DNA of 55,802 bases from Candidatus Moranbacteria bacterium GW2011_GWE2_36_40 (GTDB taxonomy: Bacteria > Patescibacteriota > Minisyncoccia > Moranbacterales > GWC2-37-73): the NCBI GenBank assembly GCA_000991645.1, contig LBRX01000005.1, forward strand, positions 1 to 55,802. The letters are read 5' to 3'. The position numbers and the translations under genes are program-made. Numbering within the stretch: the first letter of the stretch is position 1; each line of letters begins with the position of its first letter. Positions 34,517 to 43,466 of this stretch are shown one piece after another. The notes beneath the pieces are model-generated. The model did no database searches, was not told where the DNA came from, and saw only the letters and a program-made list of their open reading frames with translations.

Positions 34517-34591
34517 ATCAGCGGTTTCTAGTTCAGCGACTCATCAGCGGTTTTAAATCAGCGACCTATCAGCGTTATTTCTGGATCAGCA
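34517..34591 (-). promoter_or_regulatory. Array of six ATCAGCG-like heptamers upstream of the AlbA_2/wHTH gene
   Basis: Copies start at 34517, 34532 (ttcagcg), 34543, 34557, 34568 and 34585 (atcagca). Spacing is 11-17 nt. Confidence 0.4.
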
Positions 34592-35099
34592 CATCATCCT
34601 CAAAAACCTTATCCGAAATAACCCTGCCTCTTGTTTCATCGGATGCAATTCCGATTTTGGCAAGATCAACGGCAAATTTTCGGCGTTTGATTTCTTTAGG
34701 GTTTTGCTGCTCTTGCTCATTGGCAAAAACTCCGGCTTTTTCTTTGAGTGACAATTCCAAGAGTTGCTGCTGTTCTTCGGTTAGTCTCATTTTGATAATT
34801 AAAAAGCCTTCTTGTTCAGCAGTAGAAAATTCTTTGTTTTCATCAGCCGTAAAAAGCACATCACCTCTTTGCAATGTTCCGGGAGCTCCACCTGTGTCAT
34901 AAATTTGAATCAAAAGCTGCACGGTTTTCTTTTCACCATTTTTAGCTGCCTCTTTGATACTCATTTTTTCGATTGCCGGAGTTTGCTTGTACCATTTGAC
35001 TGTTTTGTAAATTCCAAAAACCAGCGCGGAAATAATCAAAATTATCCCTATCACAAAGGCGAAGAATTTTTTCTTATTAGCAATTTGAATTTTTTTCAT
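34575..35099 (-). CDS. Membrane-anchored hypothetical protein
   Basis: 174 aa; TM segment FFAFVIGIILIISALVFGIY; no recognised domain. Confidence 0.6.
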   Translation of the reverse strand: MKKIQIANKKKFFAFVIGIILIISALVFGIYKTVKWYKQTPAIEKMSIKEAAKNGEKKTVQLLIQIYDTGGAPGTLQRGDVLFTADENKEFSTAEQEGFLIIKMRLTEEQQQLLELSLKEKAGVFANEQEQQNPKEIKRRKFAVDLAKIGIASDETRGRVISDKVFEDDVLIQK

Positions 35100-35143
35100 A
35101 AGGTTTATTGAAAATGTTTATTGATTTAATTATAGCACGGTTT

Positions 35144-35171
35144 GTAGAGACGCATTGCAATGCGTCTCTAC
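35144..35171. repeat. REP palindrome (GTAG type)
   Basis: GTAGAGACGCATTGCAATGCGTCTCTAC, 5 nt from the ATPase stop. Confidence 0.9.
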
Positions 35172-35176
35172 ACAAA

Positions 35177-36448
35177 TCATTCCAAATCCAAGAGCCATTT
35201 CCAAAGTGGAATGAATTTTATTTTTTTACCCTTAATTATTTCGTTTTTTTCATAGTCCCAAGTAATCACAATCAAATCATTGCATTTCAATTCATCACTG
35301 GCCGTGACGAGCGCGCCAGATTCCCTTTCCTTGACGCCCATTTTATCAACATTATATACAACTTGGATTAAGCTTTCAGTCTTCAACTCGCCACGCAAAA
35401 CAAAATCAATTTCCTTGTTGTTTTTTGTTTTATAATAAAATAAATTTTGATTAGATTTGTAACCTCTTTTCAAAAGTTCTGAAAAAACCAAGTTTTCCAT
35501 CAGTTTTCCATTATTTGCAGACGCTTGCACTGCCTTGGCGGTAATGTAGCCATTATCCACGAGATAGGCTTTTTTGGGCAAATTTATTCTTTCTCCGACC
35601 TTATGCGAATATCTTTCAAGGACATGCAGCAAATATGCACCCTCAAGATATCCCAAAAATTTCTCAAGCGTCGCCACACTAGAAAAATCCAACTGATTTG
35701 CAAGTTTGCGATAACTGAACTCGCTGGCAAAATTATTCAGCAGAAAAATTTCAAGATTGTAAATTTTTTGCGACAATCTGAGCCTATACCTTTTGATGAT
35801 GTCTGTGAAAATTTGTGAATTTAACAGTGTATCCAAATACCCTCTTGGTTCAAGATCTTTGACGATTAATTCAGGAAAGCCGCCATTGATTAAATATTCT
35901 TGCAATAATTTTAGCAACTGCCCTTTTATCTCGGGAACATTTATTTCATCTTTTTTGAAAACAAATTTTTTTGCTGTCAAAAATTCATTGAAGTTGAATG
36001 GCAAAATCTCAATTGGAATGTGTCGCCCAGTAAGGCTGGTGGACAATTCCTTGCTAAGCAATTTTGCGTTTGAACCAGTCAGCATAATATTATATCCTTG
36101 TCGATGAAGCCTGTTGATATACAATTCCCAATCAGGCAAGTTTTGAATTTCATCAAACAATAAATATTTGCCGCTACCATAAATTGCATGCAACTCTCTG
36201 GTTATCTCGTCATAGTTTTTAACTTTGGTCAGATTTTCATCATCAAAATTCACATAGGCAGGATTATGCCCACGAAAAAGATGCGCGGAAAAAATTGATT
36301 TTCCTGCACGCCGTGGTCCCAATACAACTTTGACCAAATCGTTGGCGACGAATTTTTTGGCGTTTTTGGTTGCATCTCTTTCAATAAATGGCTTATCTAA
36401 AAGTTTTTCCAGCTCTTTTTTCTGTCCTATTAAGATATCTTTTAGCAT
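35177..36448 (-). CDS. AAA+ ATPase with DUF4143-like C-terminal domain
   Basis: Walker A GPRRAGKS; Walker B LLFDEIQ; C-terminal EIDFVL...IQV motif; tail FIPLWKWLLDLE. The ORF-track TTG start at 36529 coincides with a -35 box, so the ATG at 36448 (MLKDILIGQ) is preferred. Confidence 0.8.
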   Translation of the reverse strand: MLKDILIGQKKELEKLLDKPFIERDATKNAKKFVANDLVKVVLGPRRAGKSIFSAHLFRGHNPAYVNFDDENLTKVKNYDEITRELHAIYGSGKYLLFDEIQNLPDWELYINRLHRQGYNIMLTGSNAKLLSKELSTSLTGRHIPIEILPFNFNEFLTAKKFVFKKDEINVPEIKGQLLKLLQEYLINGGFPELIVKDLEPRGYLDTLLNSQIFTDIIKRYRLRLSQKIYNLEIFLLNNFASEFSYRKLANQLDFSSVATLEKFLGYLEGAYLLHVLERYSHKVGERINLPKKAYLVDNGYITAKAVQASANNGKLMENLVFSELLKRGYKSNQNLFYYKTKNNKEIDFVLRGELKTESLIQVVYNVDKMGVKERESGALVTASDELKCNDLIVITWDYEKNEIIKGKKIKFIPLWKWLLDLE

Positions 36449-36500
36449 ATAGTTAAATGTTTGTACTGAACAATAATTAATGTTTCTGTTCAATACGATT

Positions 36501-36529
36501 ATTTTATTGTAAAGCTCATTTTTTGTCAA
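36501..36529 (-). promoter_or_regulatory. Sigma70-like promoter of the ATPase at 36448
   Basis: Minus strand TTGACA-N17-TAAAAT. Confidence 0.45.
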
Positions 36530-36537
36530 ATCAAAAG

Positions 36538-36566
36538 GTAGCGACGCCCCGGCGGGGCGTCTCTAC
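36538..36566. repeat. REP variant b
   Basis: GTAGCGACGCCCCGGCGGGGCGTCTCTAC. Same GTAG...CTAC ends with a different core. Confidence 0.8.
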
Positions 36567-36589
36567 ATCCGCGTCCCCATTGGCGTTAT

Positions 36590-37165
36590 CTATATCCACA
36601 AATTTTCCAGATTATTTCTATCCCTTTCCCACGCTTCAGGATTTGTCTGAATATATTCGCGAATTTTGTTCAAAGATTTATTATTTCTAATGACATGGTC
36701 ATAAAATCTGGATTGCCAGGTGAAATTCAAATTGCACATGTGGCAACGTTTTGTCGTGGCACCTTTGAAACCACGAATGATGGATGATAAATTATTACGC
36801 TGTGGTCCAAATTTGTTTTTATATTGATTTACGTCTGTAGAGACGCATTGCAATGCGTCTCTACACGTTAAAATATCATCTCGCGTTAATTCATTTTTGA
36901 TTTCAATAATCCCATGCAAATGATTTGGCATAATCGTCCATTCGTCTAAAATTATATCCTGACGGATAATTGGCGTTTGCGACCATTCTTCTTTGACGAT
37001 TTTTCCAATTTCATTAAAAATCATTTTTCCATCAACAATTTCGCCAAAAAATTCTTCGCGATTTTTCGTGCAGATCGTGACGAAATACATTCCGTTTTGG
37101 GAATAATCATAATTTTGCAAACGTGATGTTTGGATGCGGAATTTGTTTTTGAATTTTTCGTACAT
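36590..37165 (-). CDS. rayT: REP-associated tyrosine transposase (RAYT, IS200/Y1 HUH family)
   Basis: HUH motif MPNHLHGII; catalytic Tyr region WQSRFYDHVIRN; GPQRNNLSSIIRGFKGATTK. Start taken at MYEKFKNKF. Flanked on both sides by REPs. Confidence 0.8.
   Translation of the reverse strand: MYEKFKNKFRIQTSRLQNYDYSQNGMYFVTICTKNREEFFGEIVDGKMIFNEIGKIVKEEWSQTPIIRQDIILDEWTIMPNHLHGIIEIKNELTRDDILTCRDALQCVSTDVNQYKNKFGPQRNNLSSIIRGFKGATTKRCHMCNLNFTWQSRFYDHVIRNNKSLNKIREYIQTNPEAWERDRNNLENLWI
36837..36864. repeat. REP palindrome inside the RAYT ORF
   Basis: A perfect copy, read in frame as CRDALQCVST between the HUH and Tyr motifs. Confidence 0.9.
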
Positions 37166-37186
37166 GGTTTTTGTTTTGTGTGTATT

Positions 37187-37282
37187 GTAGAGACGCAAAA
37201 TTTGTCGGGCATGGTAGAGACGCATTGCAATGCGTCTGAATTTTGTCGGGCATGGTAGAGACGCATTGCAATGCGTCTCTAC
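37187..37282. repeat. Cluster of three REP copies (two truncated, one complete)
   Basis: gtagagacgca (37187), gtagagacgcattgcaatgcgtct (37214) and the full palindrome (37255-37282), separated by repeats of aaatttgtcgggcatg. Confidence 0.85.
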
Positions 37283-37291
37283 GGGTTTGGT

Positions 37292-37415
37292 TTACCTCCG
37301 CATTTCAACCTTGCCAGTATTGTACAAATTGGAAATTCCTTGGGCGGAAAGGGCTTGGAACGTTAGCAGTTTCACTGCTGTACGTTCCGCGGTTGTACAA
37401 ATGAGTTTCGTCAAG
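37292..37415 (-). pseudogene. R-box: LamG C-terminal fragment with H1 insert (interior flipped)
   Basis: LDETHLYNR-[34 nt]-ALSAQGISNLYNTGKVEMRR-stop, a close copy of the native end at 38957-39048. Confidence 0.8.
37357..37388. repeat. H1 hairpin element, interior inverted relative to the other three copies
   Basis: GGAACGT-TAGCAGTTTCACTGCTGT-ACGTTCC, with the same flanks (gggctt / gcggttgta) as the copy at 17251. Confidence 0.85.
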
Positions 37416-37420
37416 TTACC

Positions 37421-38797
37421 TTATCTCAACATCCAAACTGGAATCAAAATCTTATCACCAAGAATTCCGAAATCATTTTTTGTAACCACAATCAAGTCAT
37501 TCCCGCTTTTGGCTGACAACTTTTTTGCAAATTTTAGATCATTAAAAGGCACAGTTTCTCTATATTTAATCTCAATATGTTGATATTTTTTTGAATCCAA
37601 GATATTATCAGTTGCCAAAAAGTCAACCTCATCTTTTCGCACCCGTTTGAATGAAACAAAATCAAATCTTTTTTTAAGCAACAATAAGCAATAATTTTCC
37701 ACTAAAAACCCCATCTTATAATTCAATTGACCATCATTAGACCAAGCATTGAATGCTGAAAAAAAATTCGGACTGCCAAGATAAACCTTTTTGCCAAGGC
37801 GCCGAGATTTTCTTGCAGATTTGGTAAAATTATAAAGCAAATGAATCAAAAAACTTTCTTCGAAATAATTAAGATATTTTTTGACAGTTTTCTCATCAAT
37901 TCCTATTTCGCGTGCAATATTACCAGTTTCAACAACTGAGCCTATCTCATTAACCAGGACCTGGAACAAAAATTTAAGCTCATCTACTTTTTCCACACCA
38001 AAAATCTTTGGGATGTCATATTCGATCGTCTTTTTATAAATTGCATCTGTCAGATGTTTCCTAACAATCGACAAATTTTCTTCTCCGACAATTTCTGGAA
38101 ACTGTCCGTATTTAATATAATTCTCAAATTCTTTTTCCATCACACTTCCATGTTGCTGGAAAAATTTTTCCGCAAATTTAACATCTTCTATTTTTTTATC
38201 AAAAGAAATTCCAACTTTTAGATATTCCTCCAACATTTTTTGGTCAACATTTTTCAATTCCAAATATTCTTCGAAAGTAAGTACGGGCAAAGAAAACTCA
38301 TAGATTCTGCCAGCCAAACTCTCAGTGGTTTTTTTACGCAAAAACAATGAAGAAGATCCGCTTACTACAAACTTTATTCGTGTGTCGGTGTCATAATATC
38401 TTTTAATGATGTGCTGCCATTTTTGATTGTATTGTATTTCATCCAAGAAAACATACAACTGACCTTTTTCGGGTGCGATTTTTTCCAAATATTCATTGAG
38501 GTAATTTGCCAAAGTGATATTTCCAGGAATAATCGCTTCATCAAAAGTCAAAAATAAAATTGCCTCAAGCTTTACTGTTGCGGATAGTTTTTCAATAAGC
38601 TGTTTAAGTAAAATTGTCTTGCCAGTGCGCCTCAGGCCAACGATGGACAAAACCTGCCTCGTATCAAGATATGGCGAAATTTCAGCGTATAATTTGCGCT
38701 TATATTTGATATCTTTAAGCTCAGCAAAAAACTCCCCTGGTGCATTCCAGTGCTTATTCTGTCGATAAATTTCCGCTAAAATAAAGGATTTTTTCAT
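37421..38797 (-). CDS. AAA+ ATPase with DUF4143-like C-terminal domain
   Basis: Walker A GLRRTGKT; Walker B YVFLDEIQ; C-terminal EVDFLA...IEIKY motif. Start taken at MKKSFILAEIY. The ORF-track N-terminal extension translates a REP. Confidence 0.8.
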   Translation of the reverse strand: MKKSFILAEIYRQNKHWNAPGEFFAELKDIKYKRKLYAEISPYLDTRQVLSIVGLRRTGKTILLKQLIEKLSATVKLEAILFLTFDEAIIPGNITLANYLNEYLEKIAPEKGQLYVFLDEIQYNQKWQHIIKRYYDTDTRIKFVVSGSSSLFLRKKTTESLAGRIYEFSLPVLTFEEYLELKNVDQKMLEEYLKVGISFDKKIEDVKFAEKFFQQHGSVMEKEFENYIKYGQFPEIVGEENLSIVRKHLTDAIYKKTIEYDIPKIFGVEKVDELKFLFQVLVNEIGSVVETGNIAREIGIDEKTVKKYLNYFEESFLIHLLYNFTKSARKSRRLGKKVYLGSPNFFSAFNAWSNDGQLNYKMGFLVENYCLLLLKKRFDFVSFKRVRKDEVDFLATDNILDSKKYQHIEIKYRETVPFNDLKFAKKLSAKSGNDLIVVTKNDFGILGDKILIPVWMLR

Positions 38798-38882
38798 ATT
38801 TTTACATTTATAGGTATTAAAACTACTATAAATGTAACATTTATAAGAAAACCCGTCAATTATAATGTTTTCGTCACACCCA

Positions 38883-38951
38883 GTAGAGACGCCCCGCCGG
38901 TCCAAATTTGTTTTGTGTGCATGGTAGAGACGCATTGCAATGCGTCTCTAC
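38883..38951. repeat. REP pair: half-copy of variant b plus a complete REP
   Basis: gtagagacgccccgccggtcc (38883), then GTAGAGACGCATTGCAATGCGTCTCTAC (38924-38951), 5 nt after the LamG gene stop. Confidence 0.85.
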
Positions 38952-38956
38952 GGGTT

Positions 38957-41900
38957 TTACCTCCGCATTTCAACCTTGCCGGTGTTGTACAAATTAGAAA
39001 TTTCTGCGGCGGAAAGGGCGCGGTTGTAGATGCGGACTTCGTCAAGTTGTCCAGCAAACTTTATTCCATCGTTTGCAGAACGACCCATTCGCAATGGAGC
39101 ACTTGAATTAAAAATCGGACCAACAGCATTAGAAATACTTGTTTCAAGATTTCCATCAATATATACTGACATTTGTGACGTGCCATCTGTGATATAGTGA
39201 TAGGTTACAGAGAAATAATGCCAGGAACCATTATTGATATTTGAAACTGAATCTGGCTGGCTAAATGTACCTGTATCATATATTCCATTTTTGGAAACTA
39301 TCATCCTAATTTTTCCACCACTGACTTCAAGCGCGAAAGCCCTGCCATTACTATCAGTATTGTATTGCCCGATAACTAAAGATTCGCCAGTAACTGTAGT
39401 TTTTACCCAACCAGAAATTGTCAAATTCTGCAAATATGAATCAAAACTTGAATTATCTGTTTTTTCAACATAACCATCCACCCCATCAAAAATCAACCCC
39501 TGCCCAACTTTCCCTGGTGTCACGGTGGCGCCGGAGATGGTGCCGTTGTTGCCGAGACCGGAGCGGTCGTAGGCGGTGGTGCCGAAAATGTCGGGGCCGT
39601 CGAAGGACCAGAGGCCGACGAGGCCGTTAGTGCTTTTTGAATTCTGTGAAGTCTGCATTGTTGTTTGCCCTTGATTGTATAGTTGTCCGATTTCGCTGGC
39701 GGAAAGGGCACGGTTGTATAATCTGAAATCATCAATGATGCCAACGTAACCAAAAACAGTGCTTCTTCTGCCAATTTGAAGTCCTGTCATTGCAGCAGGA
39801 TTTGCCAGCGCATCTGTCGTATCCAAAACACCATCAATATATCCTCTGATATTCGTGCCATCTCCAGTATAAGAAACATAGTGCCAAGCACCATCCGAAA
39901 CACGCTTTGATGTGTCCGTTGTCCAAGCAGTCCCGTTATAGAATTTCATAACACCTCCACCATATTCAGCAATCCAATACCACGCATTGTTTGTGGCAGT
40001 TGCTATATATGGGGAAGCACCACCAGAGCCTGCAGTTTTTATCCAAGCTGAAACAGTAAAGTTTCCACTGTTCGTGGTATTTGAGGAAACCACATTTGTG
40101 ACACCTCCAAAACTCATCCCCTGTCCCAATTTTCCCGGAGTCACTGTTGCGCCGGAAATGGTGCCGTTGTTGCCATTGCCGGAAACATCTTTGGTTACAG
40201 TGCCACTGGTGTCGTCGCCGTCGAATGTCCAATGCCCAACTAGTCCAGCGTCTAAATTAGGCGATGATTGCTGGGTTTGCAACACTGTGTCAGAAAATTG
40301 ATCAGCGCCGATGTCCCAAGGATTAACACGCACTTGACCATCAATATCTGTATCAAAGGCAAAAATACTGTCGTGCTGCAAATCCAATCCTGCACCTTTG
40401 GCAGCGGTATCAGTTGAGGCTAGATGGAAATTTTTATTGGTTGTATCGACAAAAGAAACGGTAGTAGAATTTTTTGAATTAGCACCAGGAGCATCAGTTG
40501 CAAGGTCGGAAATGTTGTAATTTGAAGCAGCATCAAAATTTCCTACGTAGCCATCTGGAACATTCTGAACAATATTATTTTTTGCAACCATCAACACACC
40601 CGAATCCATATTTCTAATTCCATTGGCTGTGGAACCATAAACAATGTTATTGTATACGTATATTTTTTTTCCGCCGCCGTCATAATACCTTGCAATACCA
40701 TTAACACAGCCATAAATTATATTATTAAGAACGTAAACGTTGTCATTATTACTTGTGCCAGCCCCATCAACTCTGATTCCATAATTAGCTCCATATGAGG
40801 ATTTGATAATATTGCTTGAAATTTTTATATTTTTAGCTCCACTTGAAATATACAAGCCATTGGGACCAATATTAAACTGGATTCCATCAATAATAGTATT
40901 GGAAATGTTTAGACTAAATCCAAAATTTCCATCAATTGCAAATTTAGAATCATCCCATTTTCCTTGATGACGCTGACTTTGATTAAGCTCTGTCGATGTG
41001 TTGCTCGGTGCATACATCTTGATGTAATTCGACGATGAAGTAACTAAATTTGTACTCATCGTCAATCCAACATTTATCGCTCCAGTATCATAATATCCAG
41101 GAAGATTGACTTGATAATTTCCAGTGACCAAATTGGCCGTATTCAAATGACTTGAGTCTGCAATTGCATTGGCCCCATTGCCAATAGCCTGCATAAACGA
41201 AACAAATGCATGCGCAATTGAAACAACTGTTGAACCTGTGCTATCCGCAGGGACTCCTCCTGTGGCTGTGATAAGTTTCCACTGCGAAGTTGAAATTTTT
41301 TCTGAAATATATGCAACGGTCGCTCCGTTGTATGTAACTTTATCTCCAACACCCATGTTTGTTGCTGTTTGCGCAACTGAAAAAGTTCCAACGCCGCTGG
41401 CGATTGTCACAGTCGGTGTGCCAGTTTTATGATCGTTTGTGTTTTGCCCGACGGAATAAAAGATTGCCGTAGCGGCTTCGTCAGCGCCGATATCAACAAC
41501 GCCCACTCCAGTTGGTCGAGCTTGTCCGTCAATATCAGTCGTAATCGGCAAATTAGAATCCGCTGATAAGTCGCTGCCGGAATTCCTCGCTGATGTGTCG
41601 CTGATACTTAAATGGAAATCTTTATTGGTGGCGTCAGCGAAAGAAACGTTTTTACCTTGAAACGAAACATTGGGAGATGTTGCGTCAAAGGATATATTAT
41701 TTCCACTTTGATCAACATTAGCTAATGAAAAATCTGTTCCATTTCCTGATGAAATATTGTTATATACAGCGATATATGGTACGGCGCCTCCACCAATAGC
41801 TAACCCTATTCCTGTATTATTTATTAACGTATTGTTGTAAAACAAATGGTTTACGGCTGTGCTGTTTTGATATCCGGTGGTCATCCCGGTGTACCAGCCA

Positions 41901-42813
41901 TAAATAATATTGTTCCATACTTTATAACTCCTTCCCGCGTTAAACTGAATACCGTTAGTCATTGCCCCAGGAGTACCTGAACCCGTTGCCCTTATTATAT
42001 TATTAGATATTTTAATATCAGTACTCGCACTAGCAGCCATGTTTTCTCTTATTCCCTTTGACTGGTTTACCTTACTGCCCGAGTTAGCGATTTGCAAACC
42101 GTCAATTGTTACATATTCTTCGGAGACTTCCAATATTTGACCATATTCAGCGCTCGACTCAATACGATATTTCCCATCATCCCACTTCCCCTGATGCCTT
42201 TGTGAATTATTCGCTTCAGTTGTTGTATTGTTTGGCGTATAAATTTTAATAAAATTTGAAACACCTGTTGTGTAGCCAGAAACCGTCACAGCAGTTGTAT
42301 CTGCAGCACTGTCATAATAGCAAGGGAAATTTAATTGATAATTTCCTGTCACCAAGTCTGTGGTGTTAAGATGATTTGCATCAACCGAACCTGTAACTGC
42401 AGCAGACAAACTCGTGTATTCATGTTTGATTGAAACCACAGTTGAATCTGTGATGTCTGCAGGAATTGCTCCAGTTTTTGTCACAAGATTCCAAACTGAA
42501 GTTGATGTTTTTGATGCAATATATGCAATGTCAGTTGTGTTGTATGTCACACGATCCCCAACTCCGTGACGGTCGGCGTGCCAGTTTTTAAATCAGAAGC
42601 TGATTGTCCGACAGAATAATAGACAGGGGTCGCCCCATATGCCGAAGATGTAAAAGCAAATCCTCCAAGAAAAATAAAGATTGCAAACAAAAATCCACCA
42701 AGTCGCATACGACGACCGGCAACGGGGTAAATAGCTTGAGCGTGCACGGTGAAAAACCCAAATAACAACGGGGTTAATAAAGTGAGAATTGTGAGTCTTA
42801 GTCTGGATTTCAT
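38957..42813 (-). pseudogene. Paralogue of the giant gene (two beta-helix modules plus two LamG domains), split by a 49-nt deletion
   Basis: ORF 42813-42547 (signal peptide plus YYSVGQSASDLKTGTPTVT) and ORF 42550-38957 are in different frames. Relative to 29000-29048 of the giant gene, 49 nt are missing between aactcc and gtgac. Confidence 0.65.
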
Positions 42814-42814
42814 G

Positions 42815-42907
42815 CTTAAGTTTCTTAGGTAATTTAAGTATCTTAGTAAGACTCTTAAGTAACCTAAGTTTCTTATTAAGTATCTTAAGAATCTTAAGGT
42901 TCTTAAA
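42815..42907. repeat. Dense array of about 10 TCTTAAG-like motifs
   Basis: cttaag/cttagg/cctaag copies every 9-12 nt, immediately upstream of the start codon at 42813. Confidence 0.7.
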
Positions 42908-42985
42908 TTTTTTAATACCCTCTGTATTCCCGTCTTTTTCTGTGCAACTCCTCTGAAAGACCACCTTCTTTTTGATGCTTCAATT

Positions 42986-43426
42986 TCAACGCCTCAACTT
43001 GGCGATGGAGAAGCAATGTTCAGGCAACTCGATTGTTTTCAAAAGTTCTTCGGCTTCACGCTCCTTGCTTAAGACGCTTAAGTCGCTTAAGTTTCTTACG
43101 AGTTGCGCGCTTTTGGCGCGCAACAACAAAACTCGTGGATCGTTTTTATCCCATTTATCCAGTTTTCGTTGACGCAAAAAATCCTCCAAGTCGCCAGTCA
43201 ATTCCTCCAATGATCCCTTGGCAATGCCAGTAAGATTAATGGCCACTTTCAATGAAACATCCATGTCATCCGAGCCTTCCACGATGTTTTGTTTTCCACT
43301 TCTAGCTGCACCATCCATTTGCTCTTTCAGTTTCCAACTTTTTATCCATTTTTCAGCAAACTCAACCTCTCGGTCATAGATGATGACCGAAAACCAATAT
43401 GTATAAAGTTTTTTGTATGGTTGCAT
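42986..43426 (-). CDS. Four-helix-bundle protein (Avd / 23S-IVS-protein-like, suffix-domain type)
   Basis: 146 aa; YKKLYTYWFSVIIYD...QMDGAARSGKQNIVEGS...LTGIAKGSLEELTGDLEDFLR. Confidence 0.65.
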   Translation of the reverse strand: MQPYKKLYTYWFSVIIYDREVEFAEKWIKSWKLKEQMDGAARSGKQNIVEGSDDMDVSLKVAINLTGIAKGSLEELTGDLEDFLRQRKLDKWDKNDPRVLLLRAKSAQLVRNLSDLSVLSKEREAEELLKTIELPEHCFSIAKLRR

Positions 43427-43466
43427 AAGTTTTTTAAGATTCTTGGATTACCTAAGTTTCTTCATG

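Noticed and set aside
35144-38951. Repeated 28-nt palindromes could be a CRISPR array
   Set aside because: Spacing is irregular (tens of nt to more than 1 kb) with whole genes between copies. The repeats are perfect palindromes with GTAG/CTAC ends, and no cas genes are present. They fit REP/RAYT better.
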